Shown one piece after another: positions 15,791 to 24,000 of a stretch of 24,000 nucleotides of DNA. The notes below the pieces were generated by a model. It saw only the letters and a list, made by a program, of their open reading frames with translations. It was not told the origin of the DNA and searched no databases. The stretch is from the NCBI GenBank assembly GCA_947372745.1, contig CANBUY010000003.1, positions 1 to 24,000 on the forward strand, given 5' to 3'. Made by a program: the position numbers and the translations under genes. Numbering within the stretch: the first letter of the stretch is position 1; each line of letters begins with the position of its first letter. This DNA comes from Comamonadaceae bacterium (lineage in GTDB: Bacteria; Pseudomonadota; Gammaproteobacteria; Burkholderiales; Burkholderiaceae_C).

Positions 15791-17010
15791 TGGCTAACTT
15801 CAGCACCACGTCACCGCCCAAGATGGGCATCGCACCCGCTGCAAAATCAAAAATTGGGGCTTCGACACGCGCGAAATTAACTGTGTTCGCCGCACTGTTG
15901 ACGATAGGACTTCTCCGATTTTTTTCTGACGACCTGTTTCAGAGTACCGATGCATGGCTGGCTCGCCCTGGCGATTCTTTATTACTTTTAACAGGCCTCG
16001 CCCTGGCCTGCACGGCATTTTTTATACCTAAAGCGGCAAAGATAGCAACACACGCTAAGCCCTCAGACTCGCTTGATGAGATTTTGAAATCACATCTGGA
16101 TCTGGATGCGGAGATCAGAAATAAACTGATTGAAGTTGTTGCAGATACTGAAAACTCAGCCCTGAAAATCATCGGTGAAGTTCGCCAACTCTATGATTCA
16201 GCCAACACCTTGGTCGTCTACTTGGATGAGTCCCGGGAAACAGCCGATAACTTGGGGCAGGAAATAATCGAGAGCGTCCAGCACCTGAAAAAAGTCGAAG
16301 ATTTTGTAGTTCAACTCCCCGCACAGATGAAGAGCGACTTGGACAACGTCCAAATTATTTCTGAAGAAATCAATGCCTTGGCCGATCTGGTGGGTGCCGT
16401 CAAAGCCATCAGCATGCAGTCGCATTTATTGTCCATTAACGCCGCCATTGAAGGCAGCCGGGCTGGCCCGTCAGGTGCTTCGTTTCGGGTGGTGGCCGGT
16501 GAAATGAGGAAACTCGCCTCTAACTCAAATGAAGTGGCCAACCAGATCAGCCAAGGCTTGCTGCGCGCCAATGCAGTCGTCACTGGCGGAATTGCATCCA
16601 GCATTGCCAAGTCGTCTGAACGCCTGGAAGTGGTGTTGGCCGCTGCTGACTCGATCCATAAATTCCAGGAAAACTTCACCGGCATTACGGATTTTTACAA
16701 GTCTCGCTTTTCAGTGATCACCCAACACAACAACGATCTGGCACTCAACATTGCGGAAGTGTTGGGCCAAATTCAGTACCAGGATGTGGTCAGCCAAAGC
16801 ATCGACCGCATGATGGCCGCCATGAACCAGCGCAATGCCTTGCTGGAAGAAGCCAACACCGAGCTGCATCAGGGCTTTTTTGACCGCTACGCACTGCCCG
16901 TCAAGCTGAACTTCATCATGCAAACCTACCTGATTGAAGAAGAAAAACACAAGCACTCAGCCCGGCACGATGAAGCGGGTGCCCATGAACAAAAGATTGA
17001 ATTATTTTGA
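15787..17010 (+). CDS. Membrane-associated MCP-like protein with divergent signaling hairpin and C-terminal CheZ-like DxxxQ motif
   Basis: ATGATG overlap with upstream stop. Two N-terminal hydrophobic segments ('LTVFAALLTIGLLRFF', 'LLLLTGLALACTAFFI'). MCP-tip-like 'AISMQSHLLSINAAIEGSRAGPSGASFRVVAGEMRKLASNSNEVANQI'. 'GQIQYQDVVSQSIDRMMAAM' near the C-terminus. Confidence 0.8.
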   Translation: MMANFSTTSPPKMGIAPAAKSKIGASTRAKLTVFAALLTIGLLRFFSDDLFQSTDAWLARPGDSLLLLTGLALACTAFFIPKAAKIATHAKPSDSLDEILKSHLDLDAEIRNKLIEVVADTENSALKIIGEVRQLYDSANTLVVYLDESRETADNLGQEIIESVQHLKKVEDFVVQLPAQMKSDLDNVQIISEEINALADLVGAVKAISMQSHLLSINAAIEGSRAGPSGASFRVVAGEMRKLASNSNEVANQISQGLLRANAVVTGGIASSIAKSSERLEVVLAAADSIHKFQENFTGITDFYKSRFSVITQHNNDLALNIAEVLGQIQYQDVVSQSIDRMMAAMNQRNALLEEANTELHQGFFDRYALPVKLNFIMQTYLIEEEKHKHSARHDEAGAHEQKIELF

Positions 17011-17035
17011 TACGACTGACTGAAACGGGACTGGC

Positions 17036-17800
17036 ATGACGCATTTACAGGTTATCGCGGTCTGCAACAGAAAAGGGGGCGCTGGAAAGACCACAACGGC
17101 GGTCAATCTGGCGGTCGAACTGGCCGCGCTTGATTTTCGGGTTTTACTGATTGATCTCGACTCACAAGGCCACTGCGCTGTGGGATTAGGCGTCAAAGTG
17201 GCTGATGGCGATGCGACGTCACATGCCATATTTACCAACCCCCTGGCGACCATTTCTGACTCTGCGGTGGAAACGGCTTATGCCCATTTGTATCTATCCC
17301 CGGCTGATCAATTGTTTGAGCACGGCAGTGGTGTGCGCGATGAACTTCGCCTCCACCAAGCCTTGTCAGACCCGGCATTGGTTGCACGATTTGATGTCGT
17401 CATTCTGGACACCCCACCCTCGCTTGATTTTCTGTTGATCAATTCCCTTTGCGCCGCAAAATGGGTGCTGGTTCCTTATGTGCCGCACCCGCTTTCTTAC
17501 GAAGGCATTCGCCAGTTGATGCGGGTCATGTTTCGCGTCATGTCCAAACAAAATCCCGACTTGAAAATTCTGGGTTTTTTGCCCATGACGGCAGCAGCGC
17601 ATATTCGCCAGCACAGAACCGTGACCAGCGACGTCTCCCGGCAATTTGGCGCCCATCGGGTGCTCAGTGGCATTCGCAGCGACATCAAACTGGCCGAGGC
17701 CTTTGCCGTGGGCAAGCCTGTGCGGGCCTACGCCCCCAGCAGTCGGGGTGCGCAAGATTTTGCTGACTTGGGCGTTGCTGTGGCGCAGATGCTGGGTTAA
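17036..17800 (+). CDS. ParA-family ATPase
   Basis: Deviant Walker A 'CNRKGGAGKTTTAVNLA', 'VLLIDLDSQGHCAVGLG', 'VILDTPPSLDFLLINSLCAA'. Last gene of the che operon. Confidence 0.92.
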   Translation: MTHLQVIAVCNRKGGAGKTTTAVNLAVELAALDFRVLLIDLDSQGHCAVGLGVKVADGDATSHAIFTNPLATISDSAVETAYAHLYLSPADQLFEHGSGVRDELRLHQALSDPALVARFDVVILDTPPSLDFLLINSLCAAKWVLVPYVPHPLSYEGIRQLMRVMFRVMSKQNPDLKILGFLPMTAAAHIRQHRTVTSDVSRQFGAHRVLSGIRSDIKLAEAFAVGKPVRAYAPSSRGAQDFADLGVAVAQMLG

Positions 17801-18546
17801 CGCTCGGCCAACTGCGCCTTGAGTGCGGCATTCTCCAACGTAAGCTCGGTGATCGTTTGCTTGAGCCGCGCAATCACCCCCTCTGGGGACTCGGGCTCGG
17901 TGCGGGCCACTGCCCGTGTTTCACGAACCTGTCGTGCCGCCTGCTGCAGCTCTTTTTTGCCACCCGCTGCAGCCGCCACTTGCGCCTCAAGTGGCAATGA
18001 GGCCACGGTAGCGGCGGCATTGATGGAGATAGCGCCCGATTTGATGGCGGCGACTAACTCGGGCGCCGCAGATTTTTGAATCTTTTCAATCTGGGTGATG
18101 GTGTTGCTGCTGATTCTTGCCGACTTTGCCAGCGCCTCGCGGCTCGTCAACGACTCGGAGACCTGAGGCACTGCGGGCGCATCCTCAGTGGACATCACCG
18201 CCTCATCCCTTGGCACGGATCGGCGCGTATTCAAAATGTCTTTTTTACGCAAGGCCAGCACGCCGCGCTGAAAATCAGACACGCTGCGCCGTCCCAGATG
18301 CTGGTCGATCATCCACAGATGGACGTCGTCCATCGATTTGAAGCTGCTGTTTTGCAAGGTATTGAACGCAATACCGTGTTTTTGGCATATTCCGTAACGG
18401 TTGTGCCCATCGACCAGCACCTCCCCCCAAAGTACCAGGGCATCGCGGCACCCCTCAGTCAGCAGACTGTGTTCCAGCGCAGCGTGTTCTTCCGGGGTCA
18501 GCGGGTCGATATAGGCGAGAAGTTCTTCGTTGACCGTGATATTCAT
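17797..18546 (-). CDS. ParB/Spo0J N-terminal-domain (ParB-like nuclease fold) protein
   Basis: 'IDPLTPEEHAALEHSLLTEGCRDALVLWGEVLVDGHNRYGICQKHGI' matches the ParB N-terminal pattern. This is followed by HTH-like 'SREALAKSARISSNTITQIEKIQKSAAPELVAAIKSGAISINAAATVASLP' and a C-terminal coiled coil. Confidence 0.8.
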   Translation of the reverse strand: MNITVNEELLAYIDPLTPEEHAALEHSLLTEGCRDALVLWGEVLVDGHNRYGICQKHGIAFNTLQNSSFKSMDDVHLWMIDQHLGRRSVSDFQRGVLALRKKDILNTRRSVPRDEAVMSTEDAPAVPQVSESLTSREALAKSARISSNTITQIEKIQKSAAPELVAAIKSGAISINAAATVASLPLEAQVAAAAGGKKELQQAARQVRETRAVARTEPESPEGVIARLKQTITELTLENAALKAQLAER

Positions 18547-18699
18547 GGGTTGGGGCAGTTTGGTAATGACAGGGGGGCCATTCTAGGAGACCGGGTCACC
18601 TTCCTCTGATTTTGCGCAGAGTGGTGTTGAATCAATTAACTTATGCTGGGCATCCATGATGTCCCACACCTCGTTTTACTTTGTTGCCCCGATCAAAGC

Positions 18700-21186
18700 A
18701 TGAGCGGTCTCACCAGCGCAGAGGCAAGCCAACGTCTTGATCAATATGGGCTAAATGTGCTCAAACAGCCCCTGCAGCGGGCTGTCGTGCTGCAATTTTT
18801 GGCACATTTTCGCAATCCGCTGGTGCTGGTGCTCTTGGCCGCCAGCGGCATCTCGGCGCTCACGGGCGATGTGGCTGGAGCGCTCATCATTGGTTTGATT
18901 GTGGTGATGAGTGTCACGCTGGACTTCGTGCAAGCCTACCGGGCGGGTCGTGCAGCCGAGCAGTTGGCCTTGCAAGTCGCGGTGATGGCCACGGTGCTGC
19001 GTGACGGCACACCCTGCGAACAAGCTGTAAGTGCACTGGTGCCGGGCGATGTGGTGCTGCTGTCGGCGGGCAATCTGATCCCTGCTGATGCTTGGCTTTT
19101 GGAGGCGAATGATTTTTTTGTTAACCAGGCCCAGTTGACCGGGGAGCCCTACCCGGTTGAGAAAAAAGCGCACGCGCCAGCGCCCGAAATAGAGAATAAA
19201 AACGCGCCGGATTTATGGGCACTTGATGCAGAAGACCGCATCTTCATGGGGAGCTCGGTGATCAGCGGTTCCGCAACAGCGCAGATTGGTCGAACCGGTA
19301 GCGAATCGGCCTTTGGCCAAATAGCGCTGAGTTTGGCGGACCAAGTGCCGCCCACGGCGTTTGAGCTGGGCACGCGTCGCTTTGGCATGCTCATCATGCG
19401 CCTGACGCTGCTATTGGTTTTGTTTACGCTTTTGGTCAATGTGGCTTTGCACCGTTCGCTACTGGAGTCGTTTTTATTTGCCGTGGCGCTGGCGGTCGGC
19501 CTGACGCCTGAGCTGCTGCCGATGGTGGTGTCGGTCACGCTCACGCGGGGTGCCTTGCGCATGGCAGTCCTGAAGGTGATCGTCAAGCGCCCCTCGGCCA
19601 TTCAGGACATGGGCGCGATGGATGTGCTGTGCACCGACAAAACCGGCACCCTGACCGAGGCGCGAATCCGCCTTGAACGCCATGTGGATGCTCAAGGGCG
19701 AGACAGCGCCCAGGTGCTGGCCTTGGCCTACCTCAACAGCTATTTTGAAAGCGGCTTGAAGAGCCCGCTGGACGACGCCATTCTGGCGCATGAAGACATT
19801 GACGTCTCTGACTGGCGCAAGGTGGACGAAGTGCCCTTTGACTTTGAACGCAGACGCGTCTCGGTCTTGGTGGAGCGTGCCAGCGCCCGTCGATTGGTGG
19901 TCAAGGGCGCGCCCGAAGATATTTTGCGTTTGTGCACCCGCTACCAAGACCCGGCAGGCGACATTGTTGGGCTAGATGCGACAACGCGCACCACCATCAA
20001 TGCCCTTTTTGATGGTTTGGGCGAAGAGGGCTTTCGGGTGCTGGGCATCGCCTGGCGGGATGTGACCCTTGACCACCCACATGCCGTGGTGTCTGATGAA
20101 ATTGAACTCGTGTTTGCGGGATTTGCCGCCTTTTTGGACCCACCCAAAGCCAGTGCGGGTGACGCCTTGCGCGCCATGGCGAGCAGTGGCGTCGCCGTCA
20201 AAATCGTGACGGGCGACAACGAGCGGGTAACCCGGCATGTTTGCACGCAACTGGGCATCCAGATAGACGGCGTTTTAACAGGCGCTGAGATGAGCGCCAT
20301 GAACGACGATGCGCTACGGGCCCGGGCGGAGCAGGTCAACCTCTTTTGCCGGGTGAACCCTTCGCAGAAGAACCGCATCATCCTGGCCCTCAAGGCGCGC
20401 GGTCATGTGGTGGGGTATCTGGGCGATGGCATCAACGATGCCCCCTCGCTGCATACCGCCGATGTGGGCATTTCGGTGGAGGGGGCCGTGGATGTCGCCA
20501 GACAGGCGGCAGACATGATCCTTTTAGAGCGCGACCTGATGGTGCTGCACCGAGGCATTCTGGAGGGGCGGCGCACCTTTGGCAATGTCATGAAATACAT
20601 CATGATGGCCACCAGCTCCAACTTTGGCAATATGTTCAGCATGGCGGCGGCCACGTTGTTTTTGCCTTTTCTGCCCATGTTGCCTTTGCAAATTTTGCTC
20701 AACAACCTGATGTACGACGTGTCTGAAATTACCCTGCCACTGGACCACGTCGACGCCGAAGACTTGGCGCAGTCCAAACGCTGGGACATGGGGTTTATCC
20801 GCAACTTCATGCTGACCATCGGGCCGATTAGTTCCTTGTTTGATTTTTTAACCTTTTACCTGCTGATGCATTGGTTCAACGCCCAGGAATCGCTGTTTCG
20901 AACCGGCTGGTTTGTCGAGTCGATGGCCACGCAGGTCATGGTGATATTTGTCATCCGTACGCGACGCAACCCCTTGCGCAGCCACCCTCACCTCGGCTTG
21001 GTGTTGACATCATTGGCAGTCGTACTGACGGCCATGCTGTTGCCGTTTACGCCCTTGGCGCCCTACTTGGGTTTTGAGCCACTGCCTGCGAAATTTTTTG
21101 GCTTGCTGTCGGCCCTGCTGGTCGCCTACTTATTGGCCGTTGAAGGAGGTAAACAATGGTTTTACAAACATCTGATGAAGGCCTGA
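18700..21186 (+). CDS. Magnesium-transporting P-type ATPase (MgtA/MgtB-like, P3B)
   Basis: '[17 protein letters not shown]', 'VNQAQLTGEPYPVEK', 'AVGLTPELLPMVVSVTLTRGA', 'PFDFERRRVSVLVE', 'YLGDGINDAPSLHTADVGISVEGAVDVARQAADMILLERDL', 'LNNLMYDVSEITLPLDHVDAEDL'. ATG 18700 is the preferred start (ORF open from 18643). Confidence 0.9.
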   Translation: MSGLTSAEASQRLDQYGLNVLKQPLQRAVVLQFLAHFRNPLVLVLLAASGISALTGDVAGALIIGLIVVMSVTLDFVQAYRAGRAAEQLALQVAVMATVLRDGTPCEQAVSALVPGDVVLLSAGNLIPADAWLLEANDFFVNQAQLTGEPYPVEKKAHAPAPEIENKNAPDLWALDAEDRIFMGSSVISGSATAQIGRTGSESAFGQIALSLADQVPPTAFELGTRRFGMLIMRLTLLLVLFTLLVNVALHRSLLESFLFAVALAVGLTPELLPMVVSVTLTRGALRMAVLKVIVKRPSAIQDMGAMDVLCTDKTGTLTEARIRLERHVDAQGRDSAQVLALAYLNSYFESGLKSPLDDAILAHEDIDVSDWRKVDEVPFDFERRRVSVLVERASARRLVVKGAPEDILRLCTRYQDPAGDIVGLDATTRTTINALFDGLGEEGFRVLGIAWRDVTLDHPHAVVSDEIELVFAGFAAFLDPPKASAGDALRAMASSGVAVKIVTGDNERVTRHVCTQLGIQIDGVLTGAEMSAMNDDALRARAEQVNLFCRVNPSQKNRIILALKARGHVVGYLGDGINDAPSLHTADVGISVEGAVDVARQAADMILLERDLMVLHRGILEGRRTFGNVMKYIMMATSSNFGNMFSMAAATLFLPFLPMLPLQILLNNLMYDVSEITLPLDHVDAEDLAQSKRWDMGFIRNFMLTIGPISSLFDFLTFYLLMHWFNAQESLFRTGWFVESMATQVMVIFVIRTRRNPLRSHPHLGLVLTSLAVVLTAMLLPFTPLAPYLGFEPLPAKFFGLLSALLVAYLLAVEGGKQWFYKHLMKA

Positions 21187-23714
21187 CCAGCGCACAGGCG
21201 GCACAACGCCTGCAGGAAGAGGGCCCCAACGCACTGCCGGGCGACCAGCGAGGTCTGTTCAGCACCATCGTCAAAGAGACCTTGCACGAACCGATGTTCA
21301 TGCTGCTGCTGGCCGCAGGAAGTCTCTATCTGGTGCTGGGGGATTTGCAGGAAGGTCTGGTGTTGTTTGGCTTTGTGCTGGTGGTGCTGGCTTTGACGCT
21401 GTATCAGGAAGGTAAAACCGAGCGCGCCATGGCCGCCCTGCGCGACCTCACCAGCCCCCGTGCGTTGGTGCTGCGTGACGGGCAAGCCCTGCGTATTGCC
21501 GGATGCGATGTCGTGGTGGGCGATCTATTGATCTTGTCCGAGGGCGACCGTATTGCGGCCGATGCCGTGCTGCGCACGGGGAGCGGTGTCGCGGTCGATG
21601 AATCCTTGTTGACCGGCGAGGCCGTGCCCGTCACCAAGATCGCGCAAGCGGGTAACTTGGACACAGCGGAAAAGCCACCGCGCCCCGGCGGTGACAACCT
21701 GCCTTTTTTGTACTCAGGCACGCTGCTGGTGAAAGGTCATGGCAGTGCACGCGTCACCGCGACCGGGCCACGCAGTGAAATTGGGCGCATTGGCTCCTCG
21801 CTGGCGTCCTTGAGCACTGAGCGCTCGCCTTTGAAGCAACAAACCGGACGCCTCGTGCGTTTGCTCGCCATTTTTGCTTTTTGCGCCAGCCTGTTCATGG
21901 TGCTGGCTTATGGCCTGATGCGGGATGACTGGATGGGCGCGCTGCTGGCCGGTATTGCCTTGGCCATGACGCTGCTGCCGCAAGAATTTACGGTGGTTTT
22001 GACCGTACTGCCCGCTTTGGGCGCCTGGCGCTTGTCGAAGCAACAGGTGTTGATCAGGCGCATGACCGCGATTGAAACGCTGGGGGCCACGTCGGTTTTG
22101 TGCGTCGACAAGACCGGCACCCTGACCGAAAACCGCATGACCGTGATGCAACTCTATGCCCAAGGGGCCGCCGCGGGCCTGGCGATTGACTACGACCGCA
22201 CCTCGGAACTGCCAGAAGCCTTCCACACCCTGGTCGAATTTTCTATTTTGGCCAGCGTGACCGATCCGTTTGACCCCATGGAAAAAGCCTTCCATCGCCT
22301 GGGCCTTCATTTCTTGGCAGACACAGAACACTTGCACCGCGACTGGACGCTGCTGCAGGAATACGGACTCACCAACGAGCTTCGCGCCATGTCGCACGTC
22401 TGGCGTGCGCAAGTGGGGGATGCCCATGTGGTGGCGGCCAAAGGCGCGCCCGAGGCCATCATTGACCTGTGCCATCTGGATGCCTCAACCCAGGCAGAAA
22501 TTGCCGCCGCCGCAGAGATCATGGCGGCCCGGGGCCTGCGTGTCTTGGGGGTCGCCCAGGCGCGCTTTGAAGGGGACAGTTGGCCGACGCTTGCGCATGA
22601 CTTTGATTTTGAATTTGTGGGTTTACTGGGGCTCGCCGACCCCTTGCGCGCCGAAATACCCCAGGCGGTGGCGCAGTGTTTGCGCGCGGGCATCCGGGTG
22701 GTCATGATCACGGGCGACTACCCGGCCACCGCCCGCGCAATTGCCCAGCAAGCCCAACTGGAGGCCGGCACCTCGGATGGCGTGCTGACCGGCGACGCCA
22801 TGGCGGCCATGAGTGACGCCGAACTGCAAGAAGTCATGAAAACCGCTAGCGTTTGTGCCCGTATTGCCCCTGAGCAAAAACTCCGTATCGTGAAAGCGCT
22901 CCAAGCCAATGGCGAGGTGGTGGCCATGACAGGCGACGGTGTGAACGATGCGCCAGCCCTCAAAGCCGCTCATGTGGGCGTCGCCATGGGCGGGCGTGGC
23001 ACCGATGTGGCGCGAGAAGCCGCCGCCATGGTCTTGCTGGACGACAACTTCACTTCTATCGTGCGGGCGGTCCGTTTGGGGCGCCGCATTTTTGACAACC
23101 TACGCAAGTCCATGTCTTACATTTTGGCCGTGCATGTGCCGATTGCCGGCATGGCTTTGCTGCCGGTGTTGCTGGGCTGGCCGGTCCTGCTGTATCCGCT
23201 GCACATTGCCTTTTTGGAACTGGTGATCGACCCGGCCTGCTCCATCGTCTTTGAAAACGAACCGTCCGAAGCCGATGTCATGCAGCGCCCACCGCGTGAC
23301 ATTCAAGCCCCCTTGTTTGGCGGCATGACGCTCGTCCTGTCCCTCCTGCAAGGCTTGGGCGTGCTGGTGGTGGTGCTGGCCGCTTATGCGCTGAGTGCGG
23401 CTTACTTGAGTGAAAAAGAAGTGCGTGCGTTCACTTTTGCCACCTTGGTGATGGGAAATCTGGCCCTGATTTTCTCCAACCGATCCCGCACTGCCACCTT
23501 GTGGACCACGCTACGCACGCCCAACCGCACCCTCTGGCTGGTGACCGGCGTGACGCTTGGACTCATGAGCCTGGCACTTTATTGGCCATGGATGGCTCGA
23601 CTTTTCTACTTTGAACCGTTGCCCCTTCGCTATCTCCTGATCGCAACAGGCTTGGGGTTGTCGAGTGTGCTTTGGTTCGAGATGATCAAGTTCAGTCGTC
23701 GGCGGACACCGTAA
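21156..23714 (+). CDS. P-type cation-transporting ATPase (P2/Ca2+-ATPase-like)
   Basis: '[15 protein letters not shown]', '[23 protein letters not shown]', '[12 protein letters not shown]', '[65 protein letters not shown]'. Overlaps the previous ATPase gene by 31 bp. Confidence 0.92.
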   Translation: MVLQTSDEGLTSAQAAQRLQEEGPNALPGDQRGLFSTIVKETLHEPMFMLLLAAGSLYLVLGDLQEGLVLFGFVLVVLALTLYQEGKTERAMAALRDLTSPRALVLRDGQALRIAGCDVVVGDLLILSEGDRIAADAVLRTGSGVAVDESLLTGEAVPVTKIAQAGNLDTAEKPPRPGGDNLPFLYSGTLLVKGHGSARVTATGPRSEIGRIGSSLASLSTERSPLKQQTGRLVRLLAIFAFCASLFMVLAYGLMRDDWMGALLAGIALAMTLLPQEFTVVLTVLPALGAWRLSKQQVLIRRMTAIETLGATSVLCVDKTGTLTENRMTVMQLYAQGAAAGLAIDYDRTSELPEAFHTLVEFSILASVTDPFDPMEKAFHRLGLHFLADTEHLHRDWTLLQEYGLTNELRAMSHVWRAQVGDAHVVAAKGAPEAIIDLCHLDASTQAEIAAAAEIMAARGLRVLGVAQARFEGDSWPTLAHDFDFEFVGLLGLADPLRAEIPQAVAQCLRAGIRVVMITGDYPATARAIAQQAQLEAGTSDGVLTGDAMAAMSDAELQEVMKTASVCARIAPEQKLRIVKALQANGEVVAMTGDGVNDAPALKAAHVGVAMGGRGTDVAREAAAMVLLDDNFTSIVRAVRLGRRIFDNLRKSMSYILAVHVPIAGMALLPVLLGWPVLLYPLHIAFLELVIDPACSIVFENEPSEADVMQRPPRDIQAPLFGGMTLVLSLLQGLGVLVVVLAAYALSAAYLSEKEVRAFTFATLVMGNLALIFSNRSRTATLWTTLRTPNRTLWLVTGVTLGLMSLALYWPWMARLFYFEPLPLRYLLIATGLGLSSVLWFEMIKFSRRRTP

Positions 23715-24000
23715 CCGGTACCCGCTGGGCGAGGCCGCACATCAACTCATAGCCGACGGTGCCTGCCGCGTGGGCGACCTCGTCGATGGACAGCAGCTCG
23801 CCCTTGGCTGTGGTGCCCCACAACGTCACCTCAGTCCCCAGGGTAGCCTGCGGCACCGGTGAGAGGTCGACAGTGATCATGTCCATGCTGACGCGACCCA
23901 CGGTGCGGGTGCGCACGCCGTTCACCAACACGGGCGTTCCGGTCGGGCAAGAGCGCGGGTAGCCATCGGCATAGCCGCAAGCCACAACGCCGATCCGCAA
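23692..24000 (-). CDS. alr: Alanine racemase, C-terminal part (gene continues beyond window)
   Basis: '[61 protein letters not shown]' is the C-terminal domain of PLP-dependent alanine racemase. The apparent start is internal. alr versus dadX is not resolved. Confidence 0.9.
   Translation of the reverse strand: MRIGVVACGYADGYPRSCPTGTPVLVNGVRTRTVGRVSMDMITVDLSPVPQATLGTEVTLWGTTAKGELLSIDEVAHAAGTVGYELMCGLAQRVPVTVSADD

Noticed and set aside
17917-17925. TGTTTCACG resembling one half of the chromosomal parS site (TGTTTCACGTGAAACA)
   Set aside because: The second half does not match (followed by AACCTG). It lies within the ParB-like coding region and is likely chance.
21714-22475. 253-aa ORF on minus strand inside the second P-type ATPase
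   Set aside because: The plus strand encodes uninterrupted conserved ATPase motifs here, so this is an antisense shadow ORF without recognizable domains.

Overview
24 kb window from what looks like a GC-rich (probably betaproteobacterial) chromosome. There are three blocks. (1) 1-5604: a secretion/amyloid locus. It holds the 3' end of a YDG-repeat adhesin-like gene, two curlin-repeat genes flanking csgE-csgF-csgG, and a ShlB/FhaC-type two-partner-secretion transporter directly coupled to the second curlin gene. (2) 5914-17800: an uninterrupted co-directional chemosensory operon. Its order is soluble tandem MCP, triple-CheW protein, CheB, HEAT-repeat protein, CheR, CheY, large CheA, STAS-like protein, CheY, membrane MCP-like protein with a CheZ-like DxxxQ motif, and ParA. 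ParA converges on a ParB/Spo0J-like gene with overlapping stops. (3) 18700-24000: two overlapping P-type ATPase genes (MgtA-like, then a P2-like cation ATPase) and the C-terminal part of alanine racemase on the minus strand. The most interesting candidate is the chemosensory cluster. Its parts suggest a cytoplasmic array with DosM-like double signaling, fused CheW adaptors, ParA-dependent positioning and a receptor-fused CheZ-like motif. The curli/two-partner-secretion gene mix is second. No tRNA, rRNA, CRISPR or transposase was seen.
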